A stretch of DNA of 64,000 nucleotides, taken from positions 164,736,001-164,800,000 of the forward strand of contig CM059425.1 of NCBI GenBank assembly GCA_030390025.1. The letters are read 5' to 3'. How positions within the stretch are numbered: the first letter of the stretch is position 1; each line of letters starts with the position of its first letter. The notes under the pieces are model-generated. The model was not told the origin of the DNA. It worked only from the letters and a program-made list of their open reading frames with translations, and ran no database searches. Positions 1-12,964 of the stretch are shown here, piece after piece. This stretch comes from Squalus acanthias (Eukaryota). Position numbers and translations under genes: made by a program.

Positions 1-6
1 TCCTAG

Positions 7-161
7 ATTTGGTGGCTGTCCCTGATTTTGAAGCAGGAGCCATGGAAAATTGGGGCCTAATCACTTTCAGAGAGATAGCACTCCTTTACAGAGAAGAAAC
101 TGCATCAATACTGGACAAACAGATAGTTACCATGGTGATAGCTCACGAATTGGCTCATCAG
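7..161 (+). CDS. LNPEP: M1 aminopeptidase (LNPEP-like), first in-window coding exon; GAMEN and HEXXH
   Basis: AG at 5-6, GT at 162; translates (D)[27 protein letters not shown]...[14 protein letters not shown] at 36-50, HELAH at 144-158; 155 bp. Upstream exons lie outside the window. Confidence 0.93.
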
Positions 162-1638
162 GTATTTGAAGCTTAATCCAATAATGTATTTTGAAAGCTA
201 ATGATAAACCACAACAGATGTACGATAGCTAGTTAAGTAATTTGTCTCATGAATATTTCTATAGCCTAAAGCTCTTGAATTCTGATGGTGCTAACTTCTA
301 TGCACAGTGCTTGTGTCCTGTTGCTATATGCATCTTGAGACTGCCTAAGGACTCTCGTGTCCTGCACCATAAACTCTCAATTATTCCACTTGCTGAAAAT
401 ACATCACCAGTACAATCTCTTGTTTCCCCCTCTTTTGTTACAGAAATGCAGTATCTACAAAGTGAGCTAACTTTCATTCTGATAGCAGAAGTTCTTCACT
501 ACCTGTTGGTGTTACCATGTTAGTCAAACATGTTTGCCCCACCTAAAACTCCTTGGAAAAAGAGTTGTCACTCTAACTTTAGCACTCTGAGTGTCTTGTG
601 CTCAGGAGTGTACCCAGACTGCCCAATATCTAACTATACAATAGCGTAACTTAGAGGTATAACAATAGGACCCCCTTATGATCTAAATGTGATATCATGT
701 CTCTTGCATGTATTCTCGTGTGTTTCTCCAATATTTTTGAAGGAAGACTTAACCTGGTAAGATGAGGCCAAGTATGAATTGTTAAACTGCTTTATTTCAG
801 AGAGCAAGTGAACATACAAGGTAACAGTCAAAGCAAATTCCACTTACTTAATTTCACTTATTTCCTTGAAAAACAATGAAAAAAATAAATTACGTGTCCT
901 GTCCCTTTTTGTGGGCCAATTTGTTTATTAGCATTCCTTTCTCTCTGAACAGCTTCTAATCGCAAGACCAGGTCTCCTGCATTTTTAGCTTCCAGCTCTA
1001 GCCCAGGAGCTCTGTGTGTGTCGGTCCTTTGTTAGAGCCCAACTGTGCCGGACCAGGGATTTCCTCTTTTATTTTGTTAATTCTGACCATGGGTAAACAA
1101 CGAATTCGTGCCTTTGACACCACCTCATGCAGGGATTCGCAAACAAATCTGTCAACCGCGCCAACTACCCATTTTCTCTTGAGTACATTCTCTGCAGACC
1201 CCTTGTGCCATGTCCACATTCCTAGAATGATCCTCACAATGGCCATGTATTTGTTGGCCACCTGTGACATGGTGACAAACTGCTTAATATCCCTGGTGAT
1301 GTTGGCTAATGGGTTTAAAGATGAGACGATATCCTGGTATCAGTTTGAAATGAGTTGTGACATTCTCCAAGCTGGCTCATCTGGCTTTAATGCACATTTC
1401 CCAATGCCCTGTGGCCTTTCTCCTAGATTTTAATGAGTTTACAAAAATAGACCGAGACCATGCATGTTTTTAAGTGTTTCAGTTTTCTTTTCATTTAAAG
1501 GACCTAGGTGGCCATGGTCCAAAATATCCAGGGAGTTTGTCAGCACTGAATTCATCCTGTATTGTATTCTACATTTTTGACATTCAAATGAATGTAAAAT
1601 AGCTACATTTCCTGAATTTGTTTTATTCTCCTCCTCAG

Positions 1639-1752
1639 TGGTTTGGTAACCTGGTGACTATGGAATGGTGGAACGACCTTTGGTTAAATGAAGGATTTGC
1701 CACCTTTATGGAATTTTTTTCAATTGAAAAAGTATTCCCTGAACTCCAAGTG
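1639..1752 (+). CDS. LNPEP: LNPEP-like exon 2 (in window); third zinc ligand (NEGFA)
   Basis: cag|TGG...GTG|gtaagt; [38 protein letters not shown]; 114 bp, phase 0/0. Confidence 0.95.
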
Positions 1753-3191
1753 GTAAGTGAAATAAATTTCAACTTGTGTTTCATCTTGTTCATCATCTTT
1801 TAAGTGCTGTTTGTTGTCACTAAAGGGAATAGGTTGTTTGAGATTCTCTTTCGATTCTTACCCATAACTACAGTTCATGCAAGGAGCTAGGTGTGGTCTA
1901 TATTAAAGCTAAAGGAGGCACAAGAATATAATGACGCATCCCAATTTTTGTTTCTGCAATAAAAAAGGCTTGTGAGGAATTCTAGCAGTCAAAAACTAAG
2001 TAAACTCTCTCAAATATGTTAGTAATCTAAGCAGCAAAAACTGGCCTTGGAATCTAACCCATGACATCTGGTTGGGAGGCAAGCAGTCTGTTCAACTGTG
2101 CTGCTGGTATCATTGTGCCAGTGAGGCTAATCCTATTTGAAAACGATTGTCTGTGTGAAGGAGAGGTGGTTGCTAATTCTCAGCAGCGCTCAGCTCTGTT
2201 GGTCCTGTTGGCAAAATTAACTGGCACTGCACAGCTGATCTACCTGCTTACAGCTCCCCATGCACTCACCTGTGAACCTGCCACAAACCACACAGCTAAC
2301 CTAGAAATGCTCCACAACTCCAACAATATGCTCCCAAGCTACAGAGACAAGTGCTAAAGGAAGTATGTGATCCTCTCCAGTGGTACCATTGACAGCCTCT
2401 GCAGCATTATTCTCCATGGAACTGCCAACTTCAAAATCAGTGGAGTCAGTCTGTTCAACCATGTTCTTCAGCATAGGGAAGGAAGGAGTGAGGCAGTGCA
2501 TTCAAAATTCAGAGAGCAGTGAGCAACATACTTTGGAAACGCTCGAATATCAACCAGGTTCCATTTTTGTTGGATTCTAAAAGCATTTGACAAATATTGT
2601 ATGTCATAGAATTAATGGTATAGTTCTCTGGAATGAAAACTGGCATCACAATGTTTTTTCCCCACAGTGGAAGTGTGAAGAGGATTCCCAAAGTTAGTAA
2701 ATAAAAACATAAAGAGGTTTTAATATTCTATGGAGAAATGTACAAAGATAATGTAAAGATAAAATACTTTTTAATGAAACCATGGTTTCTCAATTGCTGC
2801 AACCATGGAAATTATATCTTCGATTGTAAACAGTCGATCCAGGATGTATAATGTAGGATGAAAGGTCAGATAGATGTTGTGAATTTTGTTCAATTATTTT
2901 GGAGTGCGTGGAAGAAAGGGTCAGGCAAAAACTGAAGATGGGTAGGGTGCATGTGAGGACAAATTGTACATTGTGTGGAAGAAATAGGCTTGATTAGCTG
3001 GCTTTTTTTGTACTGTGCTTTCTATGTTTTGTGATCACTGGAAATTATAGAATAAGTTTCAATGGTCCCATGCATTCAGCAGGGAGTTTTACTCAGTAGA
3101 AGCATAGGTTGGGAATAGGGTTGTAACATAGTATTGCCGATTTCTAACTTTGATAAATAAATTCCTTTTTATTTTTGTGCTTTGTTTACAG

Positions 3192-3323
3192 GGTGACTAC
3201 TTTTTGCAAACTCGCTTCAAGGCAATGGCGACGGACTCAATGAATTTGTCCCACCCGCTCTCCACTCCAGTTGAAACTGATGAACAAATTGAAGAAATGT
3301 TTGATTCAATTTCATATGAAAAG
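3192..3323 (+). CDS. LNPEP: LNPEP-like exon 3; catalytic Tyr (SISYEK)
   Basis: acag|GGT...AAG|gtactt; GDYFLQTRFKAMATDSMNLSHPLSTPVETDEQIEEMFDSISYEK; 132 bp. Confidence 0.93.
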
Positions 3324-4139
3324 GTACTTAAGTTAAGCCCATAATATTTTTTTGGTGTTAAAGTTGTACATAAATTGTAGGTTTACCTCCAGGTGGCAAG
3401 TAGTTCAAACCCAGTGATTCTACATGTGACGTTCTAGTGTGGTTGGACATTTAATGGGATTGGCAGCAAAGTATTTCTTCACAGGGAGGGAGAGAAGGTT
3501 AGAAGTCAATTTATAATGCCCTCGTCAACCTCTGGTTGTCTATGGCCATTTGTGAAACAGCAGATCCATGCATGCAGATCACTGTTTGCAGTGACTCAGA
3601 TTAAGCTTGATAGTGAGAGTGAGGTTGCATACTGTCACGTTTGATTCTGAGATGAGCTCCACATCCTTGCCACTGCCATTTGGTAGATCTGTCACTGGGC
3701 CTGGGATTCTTCCCATCTGATTCTAGATAACCCTGGAAGCTAGTTCCCAGTGAACAGGATGATCAGAGCTGGGCAAGCAGCTTGAAAGGGCTCTGAAGAC
3801 TTGGCTCTGCCAACCTGCGCCAAAGCTCTCCAGACTTGGGCAGGTGGGATGTGTCTCAATGGAAGAGTGTGCATTCGTTACTGGGCAAACAAAAATCCAA
3901 CATGTGGGTGTAGATATCTAAATAGCTTGATTTGGAGAATCTTAAAACGTGATGGATTTCCGTGTGTGTCAGACACCCATCTGACCAAAAAAATGTAAAA
4001 GCAATCCTCCTTGCCCAATTGTCTCCTCTCTTGAATCACTATTCTCCCCCACTGTCAAAACTGCTGTAATCCCCGTGTCTTAAAAAGACTACCCGTAAAC
4101 TTGTGTCTTGTACACTGCACCTGAAATCATTATCTAGGT

Positions 4140-4462
4140 CAATAGTAGCTCTTTGACCTTTGTGTCAGAAGGTTGTAGGTTTAAGCCCTATTCCAGGACT
4201 TGAGCACATAATCTAGACTGACAATTCAGTGCAGTATGAAGGGAGTACTGTATTGTCTGATGGATGAAACATTAAACTGAAGCCCTGTCTTCCCGCTCAA
4301 GTAGATGTAAAAGATACCACGGCAGTATTTTAGGAACGGCTGAGGATTTCTTCTGATGTCCTGGCCAATGTTTGCTCTTGACCAGCACCACCAAAAAAGT
4401 ATCTGGTCACTCATCACATTGTTGTTTGTGCGACCTTGTGTGCAAATTCGCACAGCAAGTTC
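4140..4462 (+). mobile_element. tRNA-head Deu-domain SINE, decayed
   Basis: Matches the copy at 55666 (gacttgagcacataatctagactgac...gatgaaacattaaactgaagccc...aaagataccacggcag). Confidence 0.7.
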
Positions 4463-4935
4463 CCACACTCAAACTTTCTTGGTTTAATCCCCTTCTTGCC
4501 ACATCTCTCCTCACCATTAAAATCATCTTTAAAATTCACTACTTTAAATGCATTTTTGTCACCTAACCACCTCCTATTTGTGCTCAGTTCTAACATCCAA
4601 CCGTGGAGTCATCTGGCACAATTTGCTAGGTTAATGGGTTGCTGCTGCAGCTGCATTTAACTGAGATCAGCCCTTGAAATGCAACATCATTTCTGAGTTT
4701 CTTTTATTTAAAATCAGATGTTGACCAATGTGTGTCTCCAGCTGTTTGGGATCACTGGTTAAAAAGTAAAATTAATTTTGACTGATTTCAAGCACAAGCT
4801 CTGGAACAATGATATTTATTGTCTGGTGCTGATGCTTTATATGTAGGAATAGCCAGTGAAAGTAAAAATTAATATCACTCATAATAAATGTAATTTATGA
4901 TGCATATTTATAAATGATTACATCACTTCCAGCCA

Positions 4936-5349
4936 ACTGGTAGAAGCTTTTACAATCCGCTTTTATGTTCCTTGCAAGTTTACTCTCATGCTCTATCTTT
5001 CCCCTCTTAATCAATCTCTTGGTCCTTTTTTGCTGAACTCTAAACTGCTCCCAATCCTCAGGCTTGCTACTTTTTCTGGCAACTTTATATGACTCCTCTT
5101 TGGATCTAATACTATCCTTAATTTCTTTTGTTAGCCATGGTTGGGCCGCTTTTCCTTTTGTGTTTTTGCGCCAGAAAGGAATGTATAACTGTTGCAATTC
5201 ATGCATTCGTTCCTTAAATGTTAGCCATTGTCTATCCACCGTCATGCCTTTTAATGAAGCTCCCCAATCTATCATGGCCAACTCACTTCTCATACCATCG
5301 TAGTTTCCTTTGTTTAGATTTAGGACCCTAGTTTCGGATTGGACTTCTT
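4936..5349 (-). mobile_element. CR1 LINE ORF2 internal fragment (linker between endonuclease and RT)
   Basis: LNLNKGNYDGMRSELAMIDW...PWLTKEIKDSIRSKEESYKVARKSSKPEDWE; homologous to the start of the CR1 at 48725. Confidence 0.85.
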
Positions 5350-5705
5350 CAAAGCGCTTTACAACCAAAGAAATACTTTTGAAATGTAGTCACTGTTGTA
5401 ATGTAGGAAGTGCGCTGCAAGCTCCTACAAACAGCAATGTGATAATGACCAGATAATCTGTTTTTTGTGATGTTGATTGAGGGATAAATATTGGGGATAA
5501 ATACTGCCCTGCTCCTCTTCAAAATAGTGGCATGGGATCTTTTACGTCCACCTGAGAGAGCAGGCAGGGCCTCAGTTTAACGTTTCATCTGAAAGATGGC
5601 ACCTCCAACAGTGCAGCACTCCCTCAGTACTGCACTGGAGTGTCAGCCTGGATTTTTGTGCTCAAGTCTACGGAGTGGGACTTGAACCCACAACCTTCTG
5701 ACTCT
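5350..5705 (-). mobile_element. Deu-domain SINE
   Basis: Reverse complement of the 55666 SINE (gggatcttttacgtccacctgagag...ccctcagtactgcactggagtgtcagcc...acttgaacccacaacc). Confidence 0.8.
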
Positions 5706-6024
5706 GTCCTTGTGTATTTTAAGACCTTCTCTACACAGCACTGCAACTGGGTCATTTGTGTTTTTCAGGAAAGTTGTCATTAAGTTTCCTACTGAATTTC
5801 AGTATTGAATTACTTTACTGTCAATTGCAGTCTCTGCTAGTCAGAACAATAGAAACATCTAAGTGTTTACAAACCCACACAAGTGAAAAGATACTGCTTT
5901 GAGCCTGCAACTGCAGGAAAGAATGGTGGAATTCTGTAAATTCCAACTGTTTCAGAATCAAAACAATTTGCATTTCAAGAAAGACATTCAAAATGAAAAA
6001 CAATCTTCTCCCTTTCTCTTTCAG

Positions 6025-6156
6025 GGGGCTTCCATTCTGTTGATGTTGAAGAACTTCCTTAATGAAACAGTTTTCCAGCAAGGGATTGTGAGATACTTGA
6101 ATGAACATATGTATGGGAATGCTAAAAATGAAGACTTGTGGAACAGTTTTGCTAAC
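6025..6156 (+). CDS. LNPEP: LNPEP-like exon 4
   Basis: pyrimidine tract + tcag|GGG...AAC|gtatgt; GASILLMLKNFLNETVFQQGIVRYLNEHMYGNAKNEDLWNSFAN; 132 bp. Confidence 0.93.
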
Positions 6157-6246
6157 GTATGTATCCTTATCTTAATATTTATTGTAAATTCAGACTAAAT
6201 ATTTTGATCTTTTCAGATGCAGTTGTAGATATTATGAAACAATATT

Positions 6247-6998
6247 GGTCCAGAATTTGCTGCCAAAATATTGACGAGTTTTATGTATGCCATTACTAAT
6301 GTGTAAATCGTCTAGCAACTTGTGGCGAGGAAGAGATACCCCTTGAATTGCAAATCGGCACAAGTTGCTGGACAATTTGCGCAACTCCACCGTTGGCTGT
6401 CGCGAAACCGGCAACTTGTCCTCAATCTCCCCATGAGTTTTATGAAGTTGCTGCATTTGAGCATTAATTAACAATTAGATTTGATGCAGAAAGTTAGGGC
6501 TGCTACGTAACAGCAGAAGTACCTTTTTAATGAGATTTATATTTCACCTGTCCTAATAACTCCTTATGTGGCTAGTGCCATTTTGTTTGATAACGCACCT
6601 GTGAAGTGCCTTGGAATGTTTTACTATGTTATGGGCGCTATATAAATGCAAGTTGTTGTTAGATATTTTTAATTTAAAATTTAAAAAAATCTTTCTTTTC
6701 CTTTGTCTCTTTTTTCCTCCCTTATTTAATCCAATCTTCCTTTCCCTCTCTATTTCTCTTTCTGTACCTGATTTGATGCTAATTTACCCACTTTAATTCA
6801 CCTTCCTTCTGTCTCTTTTTTTCTCAATCCTTAAATCGCATTGGTTAAGAATATACACTCTTGGACCCGTTGTTCATTAAGGTCCCAGATGTCTCGCACT
6901 TCCATCACCTTACAGGGAAAACATTTTTCGGGCTGAAGGGTGAGCGAATAACTATTGGGACACACCCTTAGATGCCCTGCTCCAGCAAATTCTGGGCC
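6247..6998. mobile_element. Harbinger-type non-autonomous DNA transposon
   Basis: TIR GGTCCAGAATTTGCTG / CAGCAAATTCTGGGCC; ATT on both flanks. Confidence 0.75.
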
Positions 6999-7265
6999 AT
7001 TATTTAGTAATCAAATGTAGAGTATCTAAATGACAGTAGATAGGAACTAAGCCACGTCTGCATATGATTGCTCAAGGTACCTGCTGAGGGATTTGGTAAA
7101 TCAGATTAATGTCTATTTTTCACCTCTCAAAAGGTCATACTAGTGTAGACAGGATTAAACTCTACAGTTTCCAATGACTGGTAATGGTGAGAAAATAAAT
7201 AAGGTGTAGTAGTCTGTCTAGTTTACATCATCAAATACTCCTGCAGTATTTTCTCAGTAGAGAAA

Positions 7266-7595
7266 AGAAAGAAATTGCATTTATATAGCGCCTTTCACAT
7301 CCTCGGACTATCCCAAAGTGCTTCACATAAAATTAATTCCCTTTTGCAGTTGCTGTTTTGTAGGCAAACGTGGCCACCAGTTTTTCCACAGCAAGGCCCC
7401 ACAAACAGTAAATGACCAGTTCATCTCTTTTGGTTATATTAGTTGAGGGATAAATGTTGCCTAGGGCACAAAGGATAGCTCCCTTGCTCCTCTTTGTCTG
7501 TTCAGGAAGATCCCACTGCAGTATCCAGACAGGATCTCACCTGAAAGACAAAAAATGCAGCAGCCCCCTCAGTACTGCACAGATGTGTCAGCCTC
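7266..7595 (-). mobile_element. Deu-domain SINE, decayed
   Basis: aaagaaattgcatttatatagcgcctttc tail and ccctcagtactgcac core. Confidence 0.65.
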
Positions 7596-9155
7596 GATCA
7601 TTTCGTGAAAACTTTTGCAGAAAGAGAATGTGGTACTAGGTTGAAAATGTTAAAGTACTTACACCTTGCAAGGCAACTCTGGCAGGGGAGGGGTGGGTGG
7701 TGCACATCTAGTTCTACCAATCTATCCCATTTCAATTCTAGCAATTATTTGCAATGTATTTGGAGGGAGAGTGGGAATTGTTCTATTAAGATTTCCCCCC
7801 CATCTTAATACTTCTGAAAAAAGACACCACACCAATCATGTGTAGAGAGAAGTGGGCAGGAGTGTTTTTCAATTTTGTAATCTTTACTGAGGTAAATGTC
7901 TTGTAAATCATATATTCCAGTTATATATAATGTATTAAACCCTTCTGTTAAAGAGTTTAGGACTGACTAAGATGGTTGCCTGATAAAAGTTCAACTGTTA
8001 AACCAGCTCAACAGTTTAGGATGAATTGCCTGAATTTAAAGAGCATCTCTTTCTCCCCAGCCCCCGCCCCCCCCCCCACCACCAACCAAAACCGATAAAT
8101 TAAGTGTTATTTAGGATGTCTCCTATATATTCCATTTTGCTGGCCAAAAAGGACCCTGCTTTCCTTTGGTCTTTTAAGTAAACTGACCTTGGCTGCAGTG
8201 ATAGCAGGAGTGTTCCAACTGCTCTGTACTCCTTGGCTGGGGGTGGGGGGTTATGCAGGCTTCCTACTCCTTGCCGCTATCCATCAAACCCTGTTGGAAA
8301 TGTGCTTGTGCACATATCGCATGTGGAAGGTATTGGGCTCACCTGTGATGCCTGCCATCCCAGTTGAATAGCCTGATGATGCTGGCTGTTGAGCCTGATG
8401 AAGAATGGTGGTTTGAGTGTGCATGTGGAGCCATAAGTCTACACGAGTCACTGTACTGCAGGAGGAGAAAAATATAACCATCCACAGGCTTCCACATGCT
8501 AGCACAGGTATTCATGGCTGCCAGTCTTGGTGAATTTAGCAGTTTTGTCTTCAGGTTGCAACCTGTGCATTGGGATCCAGCAGTCTTGCATGGTACACAA
8601 ACAGCTTCTGTGAACTGGAAAAGGTCTACACAGATGCCAAATGAATGAAAATGAACATTCCACAAAAGATGTTATTGTTTAAGTACTTTGTAAAAAGGGT
8701 CTGGATTGTGAAGGTTTTTATAAAAAAAAAAAAAAAAAAAAATTGTAATTTTGTCCACAAGCTAGCTGACATCTGTGAGAAACCACTGTAATGCTATGGT
8801 GCTAGAATTCAGTTGTTGGTGGTGTTGGTATTATTGTGCATTCTCGGTACTAGAAACTGCATTAAACTAACTCTATCCCAATCGAGCTTAGTTCTTTGGT
8901 GTCCAAAATATGGAGCTTGAGGACTCCAGTTTTGTTCATAAATCGGCTTGATTTACTGTGTCTTTTTTAAATTGTATTTATGAAATTACAAATATTGCAC
9001 CAGTAACTAGTCTTTGTACAAGCAAGAAGTTAAAATAATAAATGCATTTTCTTTCAATATTTACACTGTATGCTGCTGGTAGATAACTAATCTTCAGCTG
9101 AGAAACCTGGCTGTGATTTGGTCTAATCTCTCAGTACATTGTATTTATTTCACAG

Positions 9156-9328
9156 GTTAAAAGTGTAGATTTAAATATGAAAGAAATGATGAAAACTTGG
9201 ACACTGCAGACAGGGTTCCCAGTGATCACTGTTAAATTAGACACAACTGCTAATAAAATTCACCTCAGTCAAGAACGTTTCCTCAGGATCTCCATTTCAC
9301 AGGATCCATCAACCTCACCCGATTCCAG
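9156..9328 (+). CDS. LNPEP: LNPEP-like exon 5
   Basis: cacag|GTT...TCC AG|gtacaa; VKSVDLNMKEMMKTWTLQTGFPVITVKLDTTANKIHLSQERFLRISISQDPSTSPDS; 173 bp (absent from the ORF track). Confidence 0.92.
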
Positions 9329-10174
9329 GTACAACTGGTGCAATTCCTGAAAATTTTAAAGTGATATTGAAGATTCAAAATCTGTCTTCTGCCTTTGCGC
9401 TCCTCAAGTGAAGAGTTTGTGTAAGAAACTTTTATCCAGTGCTATTCTACTTCTACTGCTGCTCTAAGTTGACCAGTAGGGAACTTGGCATCGTAGGTTT
9501 TTATGTCACTGTTTTCAAACGAGCATCTCTGCCCCCTGCCAATAACATGCAATAGTTTTACTGGCAAAATAAAGCATATCAACACAGAGAGGTTGAAGTG
9601 TTTACTACTCTTTTCTCATGAATGTAGACCTGGAAGGTGGGGGAGGGGAGTTTGGTAGCAAAGTAAATAAATGCACTACACTATTCTATAAACTCTTGGA
9701 TCTGGGTTTGAATGAGATTCAGACTGACACAATAAGTCTTTCAGTTGGTTGTAGGTGAACTGAGTGAGTTTGGTCATTCATGACCCATGTGGATAGCTGG
9801 TATGGGGAAGTGGAAGAATTCACACTGGTGTAAGATGGCCAAATCTGGTTGGACGTATTCCTAGAGGTTTGATGACGTGACGCTTGCCGTTTGCAAATGT
9901 TATTGCATTTACCTTTTATAAAGGGTGGGTTCCCTGTAGTTGAGTGCCATTGATCCTCGTGAGCCTATTAAAATATTTTTGCTCACTGGCGGGGTAGACT
10001 GGGTATTGAAAAATTTCCTGACTGTTCCCCTGGATTGTTCACTACCACCCCTGAGTTGCACCCTCTGATCTTCCACTACCTCTGAGAAATCAAAGGTGGT
10101 CAATTTGTTATAATCTCTTCATAATTTTAAAAACCTCAAATGTTGGTGAAACAGTTCCACGTATAAAAAATAAA

Positions 10175-10749
10175 GGCCTATATTTTCTGTTAAGGTTGGG
10201 CTGGCTCTCAGGAAGTTGGGCGGGAGGTTCTTTGAGAGCCACCAGGCTGGTTTCCTGATGGTTCCCACCACTTTTGGGATCACCTACCAGAAGTGACAGA
10301 AATAAGACAGTTATGTCGCTGTGACACTGGGCGCAAGAGACACCCTAGTGTCTAGCTTTGCCATTGGTGGCATGTTTCTTCTTCCTTTATGAAAAAATAA
10401 TTTCAAAGAAAAAAATCAAGTACTTTAGCCAGACCATGCTACAACAACAACTTGTATTTATATAGCGCCTTTAACGTACATCCCATGGCGCTTCACAGGA
10501 GTGTTATCAAACAAAATTTGACACTGAGCCACATAAGCTATTGGGACAGGTGACCAAAAGCTTGGTCAAAGAGGTAGATTTTAAGGAGCCTCTTAAAGGA
10601 GGAGAGAGAGGTAGAGGGGCTATGCTTCAACTGCATGAATGACCCTAACCCCGGAAATCTGCCGGAGTCAAGGTTGTATCCTTGTGATGGCCAGAACTCC
10701 TTCACTGATGATGAGGAGCCAGGATCTGCTGTAGAAGAAAATCTAGGCC
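10175..10749. mobile_element. Harbinger-type MITE containing an L2/SINE tail insert (~10440-10620)
   Basis: TIR GGCCTATATTTTCT / AGAAAATCTAGGCC; internal acaacaacttgtatttatatagcgcc. Confidence 0.6.
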
Positions 10750-11884
10750 AAGATGTACACAGATTTGTTTTTTCGTATTTTGTATTACAAAAAATCTACC
10801 TTTAGAGTTGAGTTCTAAGAAGGGTTGTGGATTTCTATTTGTAATTGTGAACAACTATGCATATAAGCTCCAGAGGCATTTATCCAAGTTCTAATGTATC
10901 CAAATCTTGCATCATAAAATCTGCTCAGAGCATGCCATTTCCTTGGAACCATCCTGGTCCAAGAAGCCTAATTTAGAGTATGAGGAGCAGTTGCACTCGT
11001 GCCACAGGAAGCTCGTATTTCTGAAATCAAGGTTAAAGGAGCATTATTAGGACAAATCGAGGCTAGCCAATTGTAACCATTCAAACACTTTGTCCAACAA
11101 TACCATTCCTCTCATCAGTGGACCAGAAACACACATTTTGATGGATTGGACCTCTTTCTCAATACATTGCTGACCTTGAAAAGAACTTGGATCTCCACTT
11201 TCCTGAGTCAAAATATGTTATAGAAGGAATTATCCAACCTATTGAACTTTGAGGAAAAGTAATTACTTATGAATACCAGAAGTAGTTATTTTCCAGCTGC
11301 AAGCATTCAGTTTCAATCTCCCCTTAATTTTGACATCTGGTATTAATTATTACCAAATACCATAATGCAAGTTTTATAATTGACCTTGTGACTGACATAT
11401 TGAGATACAAGTGGGATAATGTGAAGAGGATGCAGCAAATGATTGTCATACAGAGGCTCTTGTATATAAAGCATCATTAGGGAGTAAAAGAGTGTTAGAA
11501 TGAGTTGCATGTAAGAGACTGGGTAGTTTACTTTTTCTTAAGAGATGACATGCCACACATTGTAACACAACTGAATATATTATTAGTTAATAAGTTGGGA
11601 CCCTTTTAATAATGCATGGAAATACTAAATTTTTCATATGTTTTCCTTAAGCACAGAATACTCTGCCTTTTACTATGTTAAAGGTGCTATATAAATGCAA
11701 GTTGTTAGCACAGAAGGTGACTACTACATTAGAGAGACATATGTACCACAGCTCAAAACTTGAGATTAATTTCTCAATATTCTCTGACATGTCTTAGTTT
11801 ATTTAGCTGTTTCTCTATACTAACCTTTATTTAGTACTTTCAACAAGGTGAAACTAATTGAAGCTCTGGTTTGATTTTTCTCAG

Positions 11885-11982
11885 TTACCTGTGGCACATT
11901 CCACTGACGTACATCACCAGCAGCTGTAGTAATTATAGCCAACCCAAGTGCATCAAAACATGGCTTCTTAAGAACAAAACAG
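11885..11982 (+). CDS. LNPEP: LNPEP-like exon 6
   Basis: tcag|T TAC CTG TGG CAC ATT CCA...ACA G|gtgatt; YLWHIPLTYITSSCSNYSQPKCIKTWLLKNKT; 98 bp, phases fit both neighbours. Confidence 0.92.
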
Positions 11983-12964
11983 GTGATTATTTTTAACTTC
12001 AAGTAGCAAAGTAAATGTGAGCCTCTGCTTAGCAGCTTTTAGTGGGGCTTTGGCCAGTGACCAGGTTTTACAGGGGCTGTGGTTACTGATCACACCGGTG
12101 TTGTGCGGGAATATGAGACTGACCTCTACTTATACTTTCAATTATCTCAAAGTCCGAGTCTTTATATAGATTCCTTTGTTCAGAATTAAACATTTTACAC
12201 TTTTAAGTAAACCTTTTTTCCCTTAAACTGTTGATGAACACGTTTCCTTTATTCTTGTGCTTTAATGGTTGCTGGCAGTTGACTAATGTTCAATCTTACT
12301 TAATGATGTATTAACAAAGTACGTTTAGTTTACTCCTTTTTAAAATAGTATACTTCTACCCTATTTTATCCATGCTGATCAAGTAAAAGTATTCAGCCAA
12401 AGCAGAACAAAAAAGTTATTTAATAATTTGAAAATGAATACAACACTTTTGCATTGTACATAATTAAAATTATACATCATTATTCCATTCATGAAATATA
12501 TTTTTGTTTGGTGTTAATAGGATAAGTCTTTCTATTTTCTTCTGACTGTGGAGGATAACCACTGCTCGGCAATTTGTAGTCTTACTCCAAAATATATTTA
12601 AAATTGAATATAATTGGATTAATTAGAACATTGTGGTGTCAACCACCTAATGTTGATCTGGTTTATTGTGAAGTGTCATCCAAACTCCCGAGCATTACAT
12701 TTTCCATATACACCCACTGCAAAAAGTTTACTTGTACCACTGGCTGTTCCTGTCATGTGATTTTTCTACCAGAGAGAATTCACTGTCAGGAATTTATCGT
12801 GCCCCCGCCCTTTCCTTTGACCTGAGTTGAATCCACAGTGGCAAATTGATAACTAGCAGACGTTCAAAATGTGCAGCCTAATAAAATAAAAATTTAGTCA
12901 CAGTAAGTGACTCCTTGGTGGCATCATGCGCTAGAGCTCCAGCAGGTTACACTCCAGAGTAATA

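Noticed and set aside
283..1470. ORFs of 90-139 aa in the first intron, possibly an old LTR-element remnant
   Set aside because: No recognisable gag, protease, RT or integrase motif, and no paired LTRs that I can verify.
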